This document shows positions 34,928 to 48,342 of a stretch of 64,000 nt of DNA, piece by piece. Where the stretch lies: assembly GCF_004010195.1 (NCBI RefSeq), contig NC_057719.1, positions 69,061,773 to 69,125,772 on the forward strand. Reading direction: 5' to 3'. The notes under the pieces were generated by a model that was not told the DNA's origin, did not search any database, and saw only the letters and a list, made by a program, of their open reading frames with translations. The translations under genes and the position numbers were made by a program. The stretch's first letter is position 1, and each line of letters starts with the position of its first letter. The DNA is from Chiloscyllium plagiosum (taxonomy: Eukaryota).

Positions 34928-36423
34928 TCAAAACGTTGATTTTGAAAAAGCACAGCAGGTCAGGCAGCATCCGAGGTGCAGGAGAGTCAATGTTTCGGGC
35001 ATAAGCCCTTCATCAGGAATGTTTGGGGGGGGGAAGAGATTTAGAAACTAGTGAAGTTGACATTGATGCTGTATGGTTGAAGGGTCTCAAGGTGGAAGAT
35101 GAGGTTTTCTTCCTTCAGTCGTCAGGTGGCTAGGATTTGGCGGTGGAGGAGGCCCAGGGCTTTCATGTCCTTGGCGAAGTCGGGTGGGTGGGGGTTGAAG
35201 TGTTAAAGGGCGGTGGGGTTGTTTGGTGCGTGTGTCCCAGAGATGTTCCCTGAAACACTCTACAGGTTGGCGTCCTGTCTCTCCAGTGTAGAGGAGACCA
35301 CATCGAGAGCAGTGGGAGGTGTGGACACAGGTTTTACACCTCATGCAGCAGCAAAGGAAGGTGTCGGGTGTGGAGGGTGGGTTGTGTTGGGGGAGGTGGC
35401 GTGGACCTAATGAGGGAGTTGCGGGTGGAACGGTCTCTGCGGAATGCAGATAGGGGTGGGGAAGGAAATGTATTTCTGCTGGTGGGTCTGATTGTAGGTG
35501 CCAGAAATGGCAGAGAATAATGTGTTGCATCCGCAAGAGCAATTCCACTCCCTGACATCCACATCACCTCCTATTTCAAGGACTGCAATTTCCCCTCCTA
35601 TATGATCAACAATGTCCTCCAGCACATCTCCTCCACTTCCTGCACCCCTGCCCCTAAACCCCATCGTCCAATTGCAACACTAATCTCTGGATGCAGTGCA
35701 TGAATACCTTCATACACACTCTCCCCTCACCACTGTCCAAGGCCCCAAAGGATCTTCTCAAATCCGGCACAGATTTTCTTGCATATCTACCCACCTCATC
35801 TACTGTGTCCGTTGCTCTCATTGGGGAGACAGGGCACCAACATTGGGGAGACAGGGCACCAACTCGCGGAGCAATTCAGAGAATATCCCTGGGACACAAG
35901 CACCAAATAACCCCATTGCCCTGAGGCCGACCACTTCAACTCCCCCTCCCACTCTCCCAAGGACATGCAAGTCCTGGGCCAGCTCCACCGCCAAATCCAA
36001 GCCACCCGATGCCTGGAGAAAGAAGGCCTCATCTTCCGTCTTGGGACCCTTCAAACACATGGCGTCAACATTGACTTCACCAGTTTCCAAATCTCCTCTT
36101 CCAACCATCCAACTCAGCACACCCTTTTGACCTGTCCTACCTGTCCACATTCGCTCCCAACTATCCACTCAACCCATCCCACTGACCTATCACAATCACC
36201 CCCACCTACATGCACTTATTGCCTTCCCAGTTACCCTTCCCCCCCAACCCACCCCACCCTCCTATTTATCTCTCAACCCTCTTTCCCCCATCATTCCTGA
36301 TGATGGACTTATGCATGAAATGTCGAATCTCCTGTTCCTTGGGTGCTGCCTGATCTGCTGTGCTTTTTCAGCACCACACTTTTCAACTCTGACTCTCCAG
36401 CATCTGCAGTCCTTACTTTCTCA
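34928..36423. mobile_element. Penelope-like element fragment with inverted halves (GIY-YIG remnants on both strands)
   Basis: 14-bp TSD TGATGAGATTAAAG (34914-34927 / 36424-36437). Minus strand: CSRCGLLYTGETGR...FREHL. Plus strand: LIYCVRCS and LIFRLGTLQTHGVNIDF. Hammerhead-type termini at both ends. Confidence 0.85.
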
Positions 36424-36748
36424 TGATGAGATTAAAGGCCAATAAATCTCCAAGCCCTGGTAATCTACATCCCAGAATACTTAAGGAAGTGTCCCAAGAC
36501 ATATTGGATGCGTTAATGATCAGCCAGAATTGGAGAGTTTGAACTATAGGGAGAAACTGAATAGACTGGGATATTTTCCATGGAGCCTCGGAGGCTGAGG
36601 GGTGACCTTATAGAGATTTATAAAATCACGAGGGCCATGGATAAGGTAAATAGACTGAGATCTTTTCTCTGGGGTGAGGGAGTCCAAAACTAGAGGGCAA
36701 AGGTTTAAGGTGAGAAGGGAAAGATTTAGAAGGGACCTAAGGGGCAAC

Positions 36749-37026
36749 GTTTTCAAGGAGAGGGTGGTATGTGTATGGAATGAGCTGCCAGAGGAAGTGG
36801 TGTATGCTGTTATAATTACAGCATTTAAAAGGCATCTTGATGGGTTTATGAATGAAAGGTTTAGAGGGATATGGGTCAAATGCTAGGTTTTCAAGGAGAG
36901 GGTGGTATGTGTATGGAATGAGCTGCCAGAGGAAGTGGTGTATGCTGTTATAATTACAGCATTTAAAAGGCATCTCGATGGGTTTATGAATATGAAAGGT
37001 TTAGAGGGATATGGGTCAAATGCTAG
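36749..37026 (+). repeat. ~138-bp tandem duplication inside a CR1 3' fragment
   Basis: 36749-36886 and 36887-37026 are nearly identical. Confidence 0.9.
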
Positions 37027-39410
37027 CAAATGGGACTAGATTAATTTAAGATATCTGGTTGGCATGGACAAGTTGGACTGAAGAGTCTGTTTCCATGCTG
37101 TATATCTCTATGACTGTATGCTATAGACTCTGAAACTGTTGTTATGGATTGGAAGGTAGCTAATGCAACCCTACTATTTAAAAAAAAATAGAAAATGGCA
37201 AATTTTAGCCTGGTTATTCTAACATCAGTAGTGGGGAAAATGCTAGAGTTCAATGAAAGATTTAATAGCAGAGCATTTGGAAAACAGTGACAGGATTGGA
37301 CAGTCAGCATGGATTTAAGAAAGGGAAATCATACTTGACAAATCTACTAGAAATCTTTGAGAATGTAACTAGTAGAGTTGATAAGTGGAAGCCATTGAAC
37401 TCTGAAAGCTTGACTTTCAGAAGGATCTTCAGTGAGTCTCACTTAGGAGATGAGCGTATAAAATTAAAGCACATGTGATTGGGAGTAATGTACTGTCATG
37501 GATGGAGAACTGGTAGGCAGACAGGAAACAAAGAGTGGGAATAAATGGGTCTTTTCTTTAGGGCACATTGGGGTATTGCAAGGATCAATGTTAGGACTCC
37601 AATTATTCACAATATACATATTGATGATTTAGATGAAGGAACTAAATGTAATATTTCCAAGTTTGTAGATGACACAAAGTGGGGTGGGAGGGTGAGTTAT
37701 GAGAAGGATGCAGAGTTAATTCAGTGTGATTTGGGCAAGTTAAGTGGTGGACAATGCATGGCAGATGAGGTATAATTGGATAAATATGAGATTAACCACT
37801 TTGGTAGCAGGCAAATGAAAGGCTAATTATTATCTAAAGGGTGATAGATTGGGAAAAGAGGAGATGCAATGAGCCCTGAGTGTCCTTGTGCTTGAGTCAC
37901 TGGAGGTAAGCATACAGGTGCAGCAGGCAGTGAAGAAGACAAGTGATATGTTGACCTTCATTGTGATGTGATTCAAATACAAGTGCAGGGATGTATTGCT
38001 GCAAGTGTACAGGGCCTTGGTAGAGACCACACCAGGAGTATTGTGTGCAGTTTTGGTCTCTTATCTAGAAGGATGTTCGAGCTATGAAGGGAGTGCAGCA
38101 ATGGTTTATCAAACTGATTCATGGGTTAGCAGGACTGACATCTGGAGAGAAACTGGATCATTTAGGATCATATTCAGTGGAGTTTAGAAGAATGAGGGGC
38201 AGGGTGTTCACATGGAAACCTATACATTTCTAACAGGACTAGACAGGGTAAATGCAAGAAGGATGTTTCTAATGACCAGGAGTCCAGAACAATGATCACA
38301 GTCTAAGAATATGGGATAGGTCAAATAGGGCTAAGGTGAGGAGAAATTTCTGACCAAGAGAGTGGGACAGCCAGAAACTGGTTTAGGCCGAAACATGAAA
38401 TGTTTTCAAGAAAGAGTTCAATACATTTTTTAGGGTGAAAGGGATCAAAGTGTACATGGCGAAAGCAGAACCAGGGCACGGAAGTGATGATCAGCAATGA
38501 TCATATCGAATGGCAGAGCAGGCTTGATCATATTGAAGGAGTCGGCTTTACAGGCTGAATGGGCCTACTCCTCTTCATTTCTATGTGATGAAGCAGGGGT
38601 ATGAAATGGTGATATACTACCCTTAGGGGTCTGAAAGAAGCTTTATTGGTCATAAATGTTATCTGGGAATTATTAAAAATATGGCTTTAAAGTACTTTGT
38701 CATTTGAAGGCAGGATTGTGTTGAGCAAACTGGGAGCTCCAGTGCTAGCTCTTTGTCTGCTCGCTCCTGAACATCTGTGAGATGATGGTGGCAGCAGCTG
38801 TGAACCTTAGGCCTCATGCTCACTAAGAGAGAGAACTGGTACTCACCATTCCCTGGGTACAGACCAAGGCCTCAACTTTTCACTCTTTACTTGCCAAGTC
38901 CCATTGTATCCATTTTATCCAATCCTTTTCCACATTGACCTTATTGCTGCTTACCTTAGGGACTTCTTTAAGGCCTACAGGGAATCACAAATGAATCTCC
39001 CTACTCAGCTTGTTGAGTAAGAGTTCCCTTGGTAACAGGCAATGGCCTGCCCACTGTAACTCATCACCTGAGCTCTTTATGAAGCAGGTAGGCTCCTTCC
39101 TGTGCTCCCTGTTGCTCCCTCGCTTTTAAGGGTTTACATTACCCAAAGGGCTTTGCATGTAAACATCTAATTGGCAGCATGGGTGATTTACTGGTCATGG
39201 TGGTTAAGAGGAAAAAAGTATCATGGTGATTTGGTGGTGGGAAAGCTATTTGTGTGTCAGAGCACTTTTGGATAAGAAAGAAAGTGGACTGAGATAATAG
39301 TGTTTGTGGTGCAGTGTATTATCCCTACTTCTGAGCTAGGAGACTGGGGTTCAAATCTCCACCTGCCCCAGAGCTGCGTAATAACATCCCTGAGCAGTCT
39401 GATTAAAACT

Positions 39411-42257
39411 ATCTGTAAAGAACTGTCTGTCTAGGCTATGTACGCCATGTGTAATGGCTCTATTTTGGTGTTCAACAATGTGTCTTTTCAGTCCGACTTC
39501 CTGAGTTATTACAGTGGTGATGAGAGTAAAGAAACGTTTCGAGTAACCTTGTCTTTCAACAAACCCAGAACATCGTGATGGGGAAATATTGGAAATGCCG
39601 CTGTTTGGCAAACTGGAATCTTATGATGTGGGTGTGGAGATTTGGCCCCAGTATACTAAAAGAATGAGGTACTTTTTTCAGGCAAATGAGATAGAAGGGG
39701 CTCAGTGACAAAGAGTCAGTCCCCTGGCTGTTAATGTGGCCTTGACTTTCAGCATCATAAAGATTAACCTACCCGGCAAAATCTTTTGATGAACTGATAG
39801 ATATGGTGGTAGCAGACTACTATCCTCAAACCATGTGTTATATTGCAGCGTTACAGATTTAACACGGCAAATAAATTTCCTGGGAAACCAGCTCCTGAAT
39901 TTATCATGAGACTGCGGAGGCTGGCAGTAAAATGATATGGGTTAATACTTTAGGAATACTGAGGGATTGCTTAATTAGTGGGTTAACAATACTGAGATCC
40001 AAAGGAAGATACTGACTGAACCAGATCTGGACTTCAAGAAAACCATGGAACTGGGCCTTCCCAGTGAAAATGCAGGAAAAAGGATTTGGAATCATCAGGG
40101 GTCCATAGGCATTACTGTTCTCAGTACTGGGCAATCCCCCACACTGCAGATCCAGATCCCCAGCAGATAGTACACAGGGTTGCCAAGGAAGGGAGATTGG
40201 AGTTGGAGGCTGCAAGGTTCCAGAACTGGGTGGGAAGTTCCTCCACAATACAGTGAGGAGCAAGAACATCCTTGGCCAACTGTGGTCATAAGTTCCACCC
40301 CAGACAAGGTGACCAACATGGGGAAAACACGTACCACCCGGGTCGCGACGTGAAGTCACCCAAGGACAGGACTTTCCAAATAAATCAGCCTGAGGATAAG
40401 GAATTGGTACATATAAGTTATATCACTGCTCCCAAAGCGGCCACAATTAAGATCAAACTCCAGGTAAATGGCCAGTCCATAGACTTGGAGGTAGGCAAAG
40501 TGGCCACTGTATCTATTGTTCCGGGGAATATCTTGAGGAAACTCTGATGGGTCATCTTGCCTTTAAGCCTTGGACACACCAAGGCTAGATTGACCACATA
40601 CACTGGGGAACCATCTTGTATTACTGGGACCACTGTAACCCCAGTTACACATGGGCAGCAGACTCTCAATCTTTATGAAGTCATTGGAAAGTATCACAAA
40701 GTATTTCAAGAGGTGCCAGGGCCAAGATTGATGTAGGCCCAGAGGCCCGACTTCAAGTTACAGTCGGTCCCCAATGTTCAACATGCCAAAGTAGTAGGAG
40801 AGCTGGAACATCTAGAGGAACTTAACATCATATGCCTACTGCAATTTGCTGAATGGGCTGTGCCCCTGGTCCCAGTGTTAAAACCTGACAACTCAGTCTG
40901 TCTCTGTGGGAATTATGAGTTGACAGACAACAGAGTTTCCTACTTAGACAGTTACCCTATGTCACACATAGAAGACTTGTACGCAAAGCTGGCTGCGGTG
41001 ATGGTGGTGGTGGGGGGGTGGCAGGGCACACATTTTCTAAATTGAATATGAGCTACACCTAGCTCCAACTGGAGCTTGAGGAGTCATACATGAAGTATGT
41101 CGCTATAAATACTCACAAAGGACTGTATGAGTTTCACTCACTTGCCCTTTGAGGTATCTTCAGCTTGGACTATCTTTCAAAGGATAATTAGGAATATCCT
41201 CCAAGGCATGCCCAGGGTGGAAGTCTGTCTGGCTGATGTTTTAATATCTGGAGCTATTGCAAAGGAACATATGGAGGGTTTAGAGGAGGTCTTATTGCAT
41301 TTTTTCCTGAGGTTGGTGTCTGTCTAAAAAGGAGAAATATGTATTCCAGATAACATACCTCAGGTACAGAGTTGACAAGGATGAATTATACCATGTTGAA
41401 GAGAAGATGAAAGCCATTAAAAGGGGCTCCAACTCAAGGATCCTTGGAGTTATCATTAAAATATTGTTAGTGTTCAAAACCAGGGAGAAGATCCCAAAAC
41501 AAAGATTACACATCAACCACCAGTGGTGGGAATCCTCCTCAGAGGTGATTGTTTTGATGGACACGCCACTGTGTCAATGCGGTGCCCCCTGCAATGATTC
41601 TATGATTGTCTTCATGGAACAGACACCTGCCTTTTTGTACACCCCTCAACCAAATCTGGAAAGCAAAAGGAGTGAGGCTATGGGCAAAACAATGCAGGAG
41701 GGTACATTATCACTGGAGTGAAGGGAAATCCTTGGACTCAGAATGGGCGGGATGTGATCGCCCCTTGAAGGACCATGGGAACCAGTATGGAGCTTGTTGA
41801 GTCTGAGATCCCATGGCAACAGGCAAATGGGTAAAAACAATGACTGCAGATGCTGGAAACCAGATTCTGGATTAGTGGTGCTGGAAGAGCACAGCAGTTC
41901 AGGCAGCATCCAAGGAGCTTCGAAATTGACGTTTCGGGCAAAGCTCCAGGCTCACTGCCTTTATTCCTGATGAAGGGCTTTTGCCCGAAACGTCGATTTT
42001 GAAGTTCCTTGGATGCTGCCTGAACTGCTGTGCTCTTCCAGCACCACTAATCCAGAAACAGGCAAATGGCCCACCCAGCTGGAACTCATCACCTGAGCCC
42101 TTTACAAAACAGACCCAGAAAAATGTCTGCAAGGATGGGTCTGCAGAACTGTTTGTCCCAGACTGGGACTAGACTATGTATACCATGAGCTATGGCTCTA
42201 TTTTGGTGTTCAACAATAAATAATGTTCCTTTTCTATTCAGCTTCCTAAGTTACTAC
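39411..42257 (+). mobile_element. Decayed Gypsy (Mag-like) LTR retrotransposon: gag-protease-RT remnants, internally deleted
   Basis: Shared LTR 3' ends ATGGCTCTATTTTGGTGTTCAACAAT...TTA(T/C)TACA at 39453-39511 and 42192-42257. PBS-like TGGTGATGAG follows the first. Peptides MPLFGKLESYD..., LQVNGQSIDLEV, WAVPLVPVLKPDNSVCLCGNY and LPFEVSSAWTIFQR. Confidence 0.8.
41831..42056. mobile_element. Foldback Penelope-derived short element with intact hammerhead core
   Basis: 13-bp TSD AACAGGCAAATGG (41818-41830 / 42057-42069). CTGATGAAGGGCTTTTGCCCGAAACGTC at ~41967-41994. Confidence 0.85.
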
Positions 42258-42581
42258 ACCCAGGATAAGTGGAGCAGTTTATTTTCCACTTTCAGTTGTC
42301 CCTCCCTGAACCCTCTCACTGCCATCCATCACAAAAATGAACCCATTCAGTTCATTGTCACCACTGAAATCAGCCAGTTGAGACTTTGTGCACCTACAGA
42401 CATTGGTTCTGTTCAAGATTTGAATTTATCTTGTGTTAGTTTTATTAATCTCAGTCTCTTGACTGACAATCAAATAAATGAAAGTCAAAAACAATTGGTG
42501 AACAGCTGCAAGGAGAAATAGTGATATTGGTATTAACAGCGAGTTGCTCCCCTGTGTGGATGAAGAGCAACAGGATATGTT

Positions 42582-42811
42582 TGCAGCAATTGTAATAAGC
42601 CTTAATGGACTGCATAGGATATGAGTTCTCTGACTGGATCTGTTAGTATGGTCCAGTCAGGGAGCCCTGGATGACAGATATAAACAGGAGTGTGAGAAGT
42701 TTTGTTCACTCTAAGATTTGGCTCTGAGGGAGTTGGATCAGTGTCAAGATTCTCCAGTGCAAATAAAGGGTGACTTGGTAACAGGATACCAGCCTCTGTG
42801 GAGTTAGTTCA
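42582..42811 (+). mobile_element. Solo LTR
   Basis: TG...CA ends, 5-bp TSD ATGTT (42577-42581 / 42812-42816), internal TATAAA and AATAAA. Confidence 0.7.
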
Positions 42812-45431
42812 ATGTTAAATTTAGGAGGCTAATATGATTGATACAACCAACAAAACTGAAACAAATTGTAAACTGACTTAACCATATTACAGTCTAATTT
42901 TACCACCCATTTCCTCTCCTGCTTCTGTCAGTTATGAGTCACACTGCATGATAGTTACAGACCTGGGGATTTTTACAGGTAGCAAGGTTCCACTACAAAA
43001 GTGTTTACGGATGATAAAATGAAGTCTACATTTTATGGATAGCAACAAATTAAATAGCTGCCACTGATGCTGCTATCCAGTTAAGGATATTAGCCCATCC
43101 CTGTCAAAGTGATGCTGGCCCAATCTGGTAACTCAGCTGCACCACTGGTAATGATGGCCTTTACTGACACTGCACCAGGACAATGAGTATACATCAATGG
43201 ATATGCACCCTCAACCACAGGTAAGTGGGTTTTCTGGTCTGCGGGGACAGTTGGACAGCTTCAGGTGAGGGAAGGGGGTGAGCTGCTGAGAGAGAGAGAG
43301 AGAGCAGTGATTGATAGGTGTGGCCTTGTAGGGGAACCAGCCCCAGGAACTTGCTGGGAGGTCATCAATCACAACTCCCTGTTTGTGACCTTGTGCAGTC
43401 CCTTCACCACTGATAGGTAGGTTAAAAAGGCAAATTTAAGATATGAGTGTAAAGAAATTTGCTAGACCTCACAGAGAGAAACTCTCCATGAAACTCAATA
43501 AAACTGACACTTAGCCAAAAGTAGATACAGCCCATTAACTTGAATTCCTTCTTCACAGTGGCTACCTGACCGACTTGGTCACAATATAAAAATAAAAACC
43601 AGCGCAAATCATTCATTCCAAAGCAAATCTATACATGTGACCTTCATAAACTGCATGCATACAAAAACTATGTTTCCCTTCAGCACCTGTCCTTCAGGTG
43701 CCTCGACCTATCCTAGTGCTCCATACGGTGCTATTCCCAGTGACTGCAGCATGTCTAGTGGAAGGCTGCTGATTTTCACTTGGGGAATCCTTGCAAGATG
43801 CACTCAAGGAGCTTTGGTCCCAAACGACGTGACTTCAGACTGCAACATCTCAACAACGGCAGTCTAGACTTATTGGATGACAAACTACATCAAAGCTACT
43901 GCTAGAATACCAATGGTGTGAGAATCTTATGCATCTTTGGCCATATTGTGTTGTGTTGAGTTTTTCAGATGGATTCTAGCCATGTGGCCTCATGTATTTT
44001 CTGGCCAAACCTTAGCAAACTTGTTTCATTAACTACCCACCCTAGCTCCATGGCATCTGTTGCATTCTATTCTGTTCTCATCTTTCCATGCATCATTCCC
44101 ACAACAATTTACCACTGCTTGTGCACCTGCCATCTTTAAAAGTCCATTGTGTGCTCAGACCAGTTGTGTCAGTCCGGAGCTGCCCTAACGTTTGCCCCAC
44201 ACATGGCAGACAGAAGGGAATTGGTGCCTTATTGTGCCAGGAATACTTGAATGAAGGCTATTGCTATTGACTTGACTGAGGCCTGCTGACAACTATGACA
44301 AGATTCCCGGCTTTATACAGAAAAAGATAAAGCTAGGAAATGTAAATCATAGATGCTCTGAGCATCTAGGTAGACTACCGTCAGTGTGTGTGAAGACAGT
44401 AAGTAAACAGGCCTGAGATGCAACTGCCCTGAGAGCAGTACTGCAGTGATCGTCACCAGTAAAGCCTGAATTGCTGCACTGAAGTGCAGAAGCACCCTGT
44501 AAGTGGATTGGAGGTGTGCAATCAAGGTTCTTACAGAACGCATCATGTTCAATGGCAAGATCAGTGGGTGTGGGGTACATATGGCTGATACTCATGGAAC
44601 ATGCTTTATGGTGTCCAACGTGAAGATCCTGTGGATCAAACAATGAGCTACATTTGCATAGTACCTACTCTAATTTTCATGTCAAATTTTCTGGATGCCT
44701 AACTTGTTTGGCAAGTTTCATAGGATAGGTAGCTGAAAGTTAATGAGACATGTTGGATCATCAACAAGGCATGCATTTGGCTTTAATCACTGTCAATTGG
44801 CTGCTCCCCAGTGAGAAACCTGCCACACCATTTGTGGAAAGTATAAATGATGGAGCTAGATGATCTAGATGTCAAAATGTGTTTCACCAAATTCTCAACT
44901 GATTCTGCCACACATTTCACCACAGCCCAAGTTGCTCAGACTCCAATAGGAATTTGCTCTAATCCCAATCAGACAGCAGGATCATGCTGCTTGGATTTGG
45001 GAATAAATTTATTAATTAACATGATGTGAACATTGTTGACTTGGTGAGCATTTACTGTCCAATACTTACTATCATTGGGCAGGTGGTGGTGAGCGATTAG
45101 ACTACTTGCGATTTATTCAAAACGCTTTGCACAATGTAATCCAGAGCCATGATAGTAGGACACCAATTTTGAATGACAGCTGTCTGAGATTCCAGGACAA
45201 CACTCAGATATTGGGCACCATTAGATGCAACATCTGGTGAAATGTCGGCATCAGACACTGCATTGCAGTTGGATCCATAATTTCTCATGCAGAGTTAACT
45301 GCCCTGAGTGCTGCAAAGGATGGTCTCTGAGCTCTGTGCAAAGCCTCTGCCAAGCTAGTGTTGGACTTGTCAATGCTTCCTAGAGTCATGGAGTCGTACA
45401 GCATGGAAACAGACACTTTGGTCCAATTTGT

Positions 45432-45625
45432 GTACCGCAGATGCTGGAGATTGGAGTCAAGATTAGAGTGGTGCTGGAAAATCACAGCAGGTCAGGCAGC
45501 ATCTGAGGAGCAGGAAAATCGACATTTCGGGCAAATGATGAAGGGCTTTTGCCTGAAACATCGATTTTCCTGCTCCTCGGATGCTGCCTGAGCTGCTGTG
45601 CTTTTCCAGCACCACTCTAATCTTG
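45432..45625. mobile_element. Foldback Penelope-derived short element
   Basis: Inverted arms. 17-bp TSD with one mismatch (45415-45431 / 45626-45642), inside a CR1 tail. Confidence 0.8.
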
Positions 45626-45953
45626 ACTTTGGTCCAACTTGTCCATGCGACCAGGCTTCCTAAACTAAACAAATGACCTCAACTCCATTTTCCTGTTTTT
45701 TTTTCCCCTACAAATCCTTACTCTTTAGAAATCTCAACCTTGAATATTTTAATAATCCAGCCTCAGCAGTTCCTGAGGTAAAATATTCCACAGATTCACT
45801 ATCCTCTGACAGAAGAAATTTGTCTTCAGCTCTGTCCTAACTGGGTGACCCGTTACTCTGAAATTATGCTGTCAGGCCATAGAACTCCCTGCAAAAGAAA
45901 GCAACCTCTCAGCATCTACCCGGTTAAATTGATGACAAAGCTACCACTTTAAG

Positions 45954-46278
45954 AGACAATAGACAATAGACAATAGGTGCAGGAGTAGGCAATTCTGCCC
46001 TTCAAGCCTGCACCACCATTCAATATGATCATGGCTGATCATGTGTCCAATCCTTTAATAATCTTATATGTCTCAATCAGATCCCCTCTCAGTCTTCTAA
46101 ACTCAAGGGTATACAGGCCCAGTCGCTCCAGTCTTTCAGCGTAAGATAGTCCCGCCATTCCAGGAATTGACCTCGTGAACCTACGCTGCACTCCCTCAAT
46201 AGCCAGAAAGTCTTTCCTCAAATTTGGAGACCAGAACTGCACACAATACTCCAGGTGTGGTCTCACCAGGGCCTGTAC
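45954..46278 (-). mobile_element. CR1 3' fragment with a 7-mer tail (AGACAAT x3 on the plus strand)
   Basis: RPHLEYCVQFWSP...EGVQRRFTR...RRLRGDLIETYKI. Confidence 0.85.
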
Positions 46279-46935
46279 AAAGGTGTATTTTGTTCTTTGT
46301 TTTATGAACAGAGGTAGAGACAGAAAGAGAGAGGTAGAGCAGTCTGCTTCAAGACAATAAAGTAAACAGCTTGTGAGGCCTTAGGTTTGTTTTAAAAAAT
46401 TTGGAATAATAGAAATAGCATGAATGGGTAGGGTCAAGTTTCCACAGAACCAGGATTTTAGTTTTAGTTTTTGGTAGCTGTTGGGATTTAGAAGCTTCTA
46501 TACATTTCTCCCTGTAACAACAAAAGACTTGATTTCTCTGTCTCTATCTCTCTCTCTTCTCTCTCTCGCTCGCTCTGTCTCTATCTCTTCCTCATAGAGT
46601 TTTCTCCCTGGACTGGAGAACAGCATGTGGGATAATCTATTTTACTGAATTTGTCCTTGCCAAGGGTGTGTATACTACACTGGAACAATTATTGTTTAGT
46701 AATTAAGCAATCTATTGTTCTGTTAGGTTTTTCAATATGGTTAAGTTATTCCAACTCTTCTTTCTTTTTGCTGTATTTTAACTATGGTGAAAGAATAAAG
46801 TGTACTTTGCTTCAAGCCTGGTAGTTTGACCAATCAAATTATATCCAGAACAAAATGCCTTACACTTGCCTTTAACAATAAGGACAAGTTGGGGTCTTAA
46901 TGTATTTTGAGGGAGTTTGGTTTGGTCCATGATAA
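46279..46935 (+). mobile_element. LTR-like interspersed repeat with an internal CT-rich tract
   Basis: Abrupt insertion into CR1-derived sequence, internal AATAAA, and partial similarity to ~21910-22125. Ends not resolved. Confidence 0.3.
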
Positions 46936-48342
46936 GTTCCTTACAAATCTGTGTGTTTCAATAAGATCTCCTCTCAATCTTCTAAACCCCAAAGTGCATA
47001 GGCCCAAACTAAATCCCTCCCTTTTTCAGGAGCAAGTGTTCTACATTTCCAACTTCAGCCAAGATTTTTACAAACTATCCCAAGCTGAAACTCATAAGGC
47101 TAGTCCTTGAACTCCTACAGACATACAGCTTAAACCTATATACCTCTAGTTCACAATCCAAATAAATGATATTAAAATATACATAAATCACACACCTTAC
47201 ATTACAACTCAATCAGCTGTGTGGGGATGTCATGATGAAAAATGGCATGCCACTGTTCATTGAGACAAATCTCTCAACTGCCTTTTCCACATTCTGATTA
47301 CTATCACTGACTATGGAAGACCTTGACAGTCACCATTGATACTTCCTCCTGCCCTGAACATTGCTGGAACTGGTATATATTCAATACCATTGGATTGATG
47401 CTGAACATCTCAGAATCACAGAAAGTCATTCGGCCTACATGATCTACACCAGCCATGACATATGAATTCTCAGTCAGTGAGTACTTTCAAGACAGAGTTT
47501 TCTTTGGATTTTGAGAGTGAAAGAAAATGGGATTAAGTCAGAAGATCAGTATTGAGACAAACAGGCTGAAAGGTCCAAATGGTCTACTTCTGCACCTATT
47601 TCTTGTCAATAAAGTATTGCTGTGTGTGAATGACTTCATAAGGATTCAATATAGCATTATCTGCAGGTTTTCTGGCAGTTTTGCTAATACATTGAGCATT
47701 TAGTTCTGCCCCTTCATCTGCATTGTTCTGTAGGTTGCCCCATCAAAGTGCTCATCTGAGTTCTTTGTGACAGGTCCCTGCACAAACTCACTCACTTGTA
47801 AGCTTCCAACTCAGTATCCTTACTCCCTGTCTGGATTGTAGCCCACACATGTCCTGTTCCTCACCACATGTAGATTCTGCCTCTCATCCATCCTCCAATG
47901 TATGGTGGTAATATTTGAGTTGGTGGCTATAAGTAGGAAATCAATCAGTGTTGTACCTTCATCATCACTGCCTTCTTGTTGTTCTTCCACTGTCTGACTA
48001 GATTCTACCTCTTGAGTTTCTGAAAGTAAAAATGCACGGCAGGTTGTAGTAAGGCTAAGGAAGGTAGTAGTAGGTGTAGGCTTACATTGTCTGCAGCTTC
48101 TAAATAAGAAGAAAGCATAGCCTGAGGAAGAAATGGGAAGTGAGGAGAATTAGGTATGACATAGCATCATGTAGATGAAGGACTAGCCACTCATTATGTT
48201 GTTCCAATAGTGATTGCTCATTGAGTCAACTTGGATGCTCACAGTTTACCTGCCTTGCCTTGCCCTTCAACCCTCAACTATCCTCCCTCCCCCCACCACA
48301 GCCAGAGCTCCCAGGATCCCAGTGCTTCTGTTTTAATCTTAA

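Larger units (their letters stand above)
34700..38590 (+). mobile_element. Old CR1 LINE ORF2 fragment hosting a Penelope insertion (34928-36423) and a younger CR1 3' piece (~36530-37117)
   Basis: SQHGFKKGKSYLTNLLEIFE, NISKFVDDTK and LYRALV-like remnants. The sequence joins across the inserts. Confidence 0.8.

Noticed and set aside
36749..37026. Tandem duplication as a CRISPR-like or functional array
   Set aside because: Two adjacent copies of CR1 3' sequence with no spacers; eukaryotic context, no cas genes.
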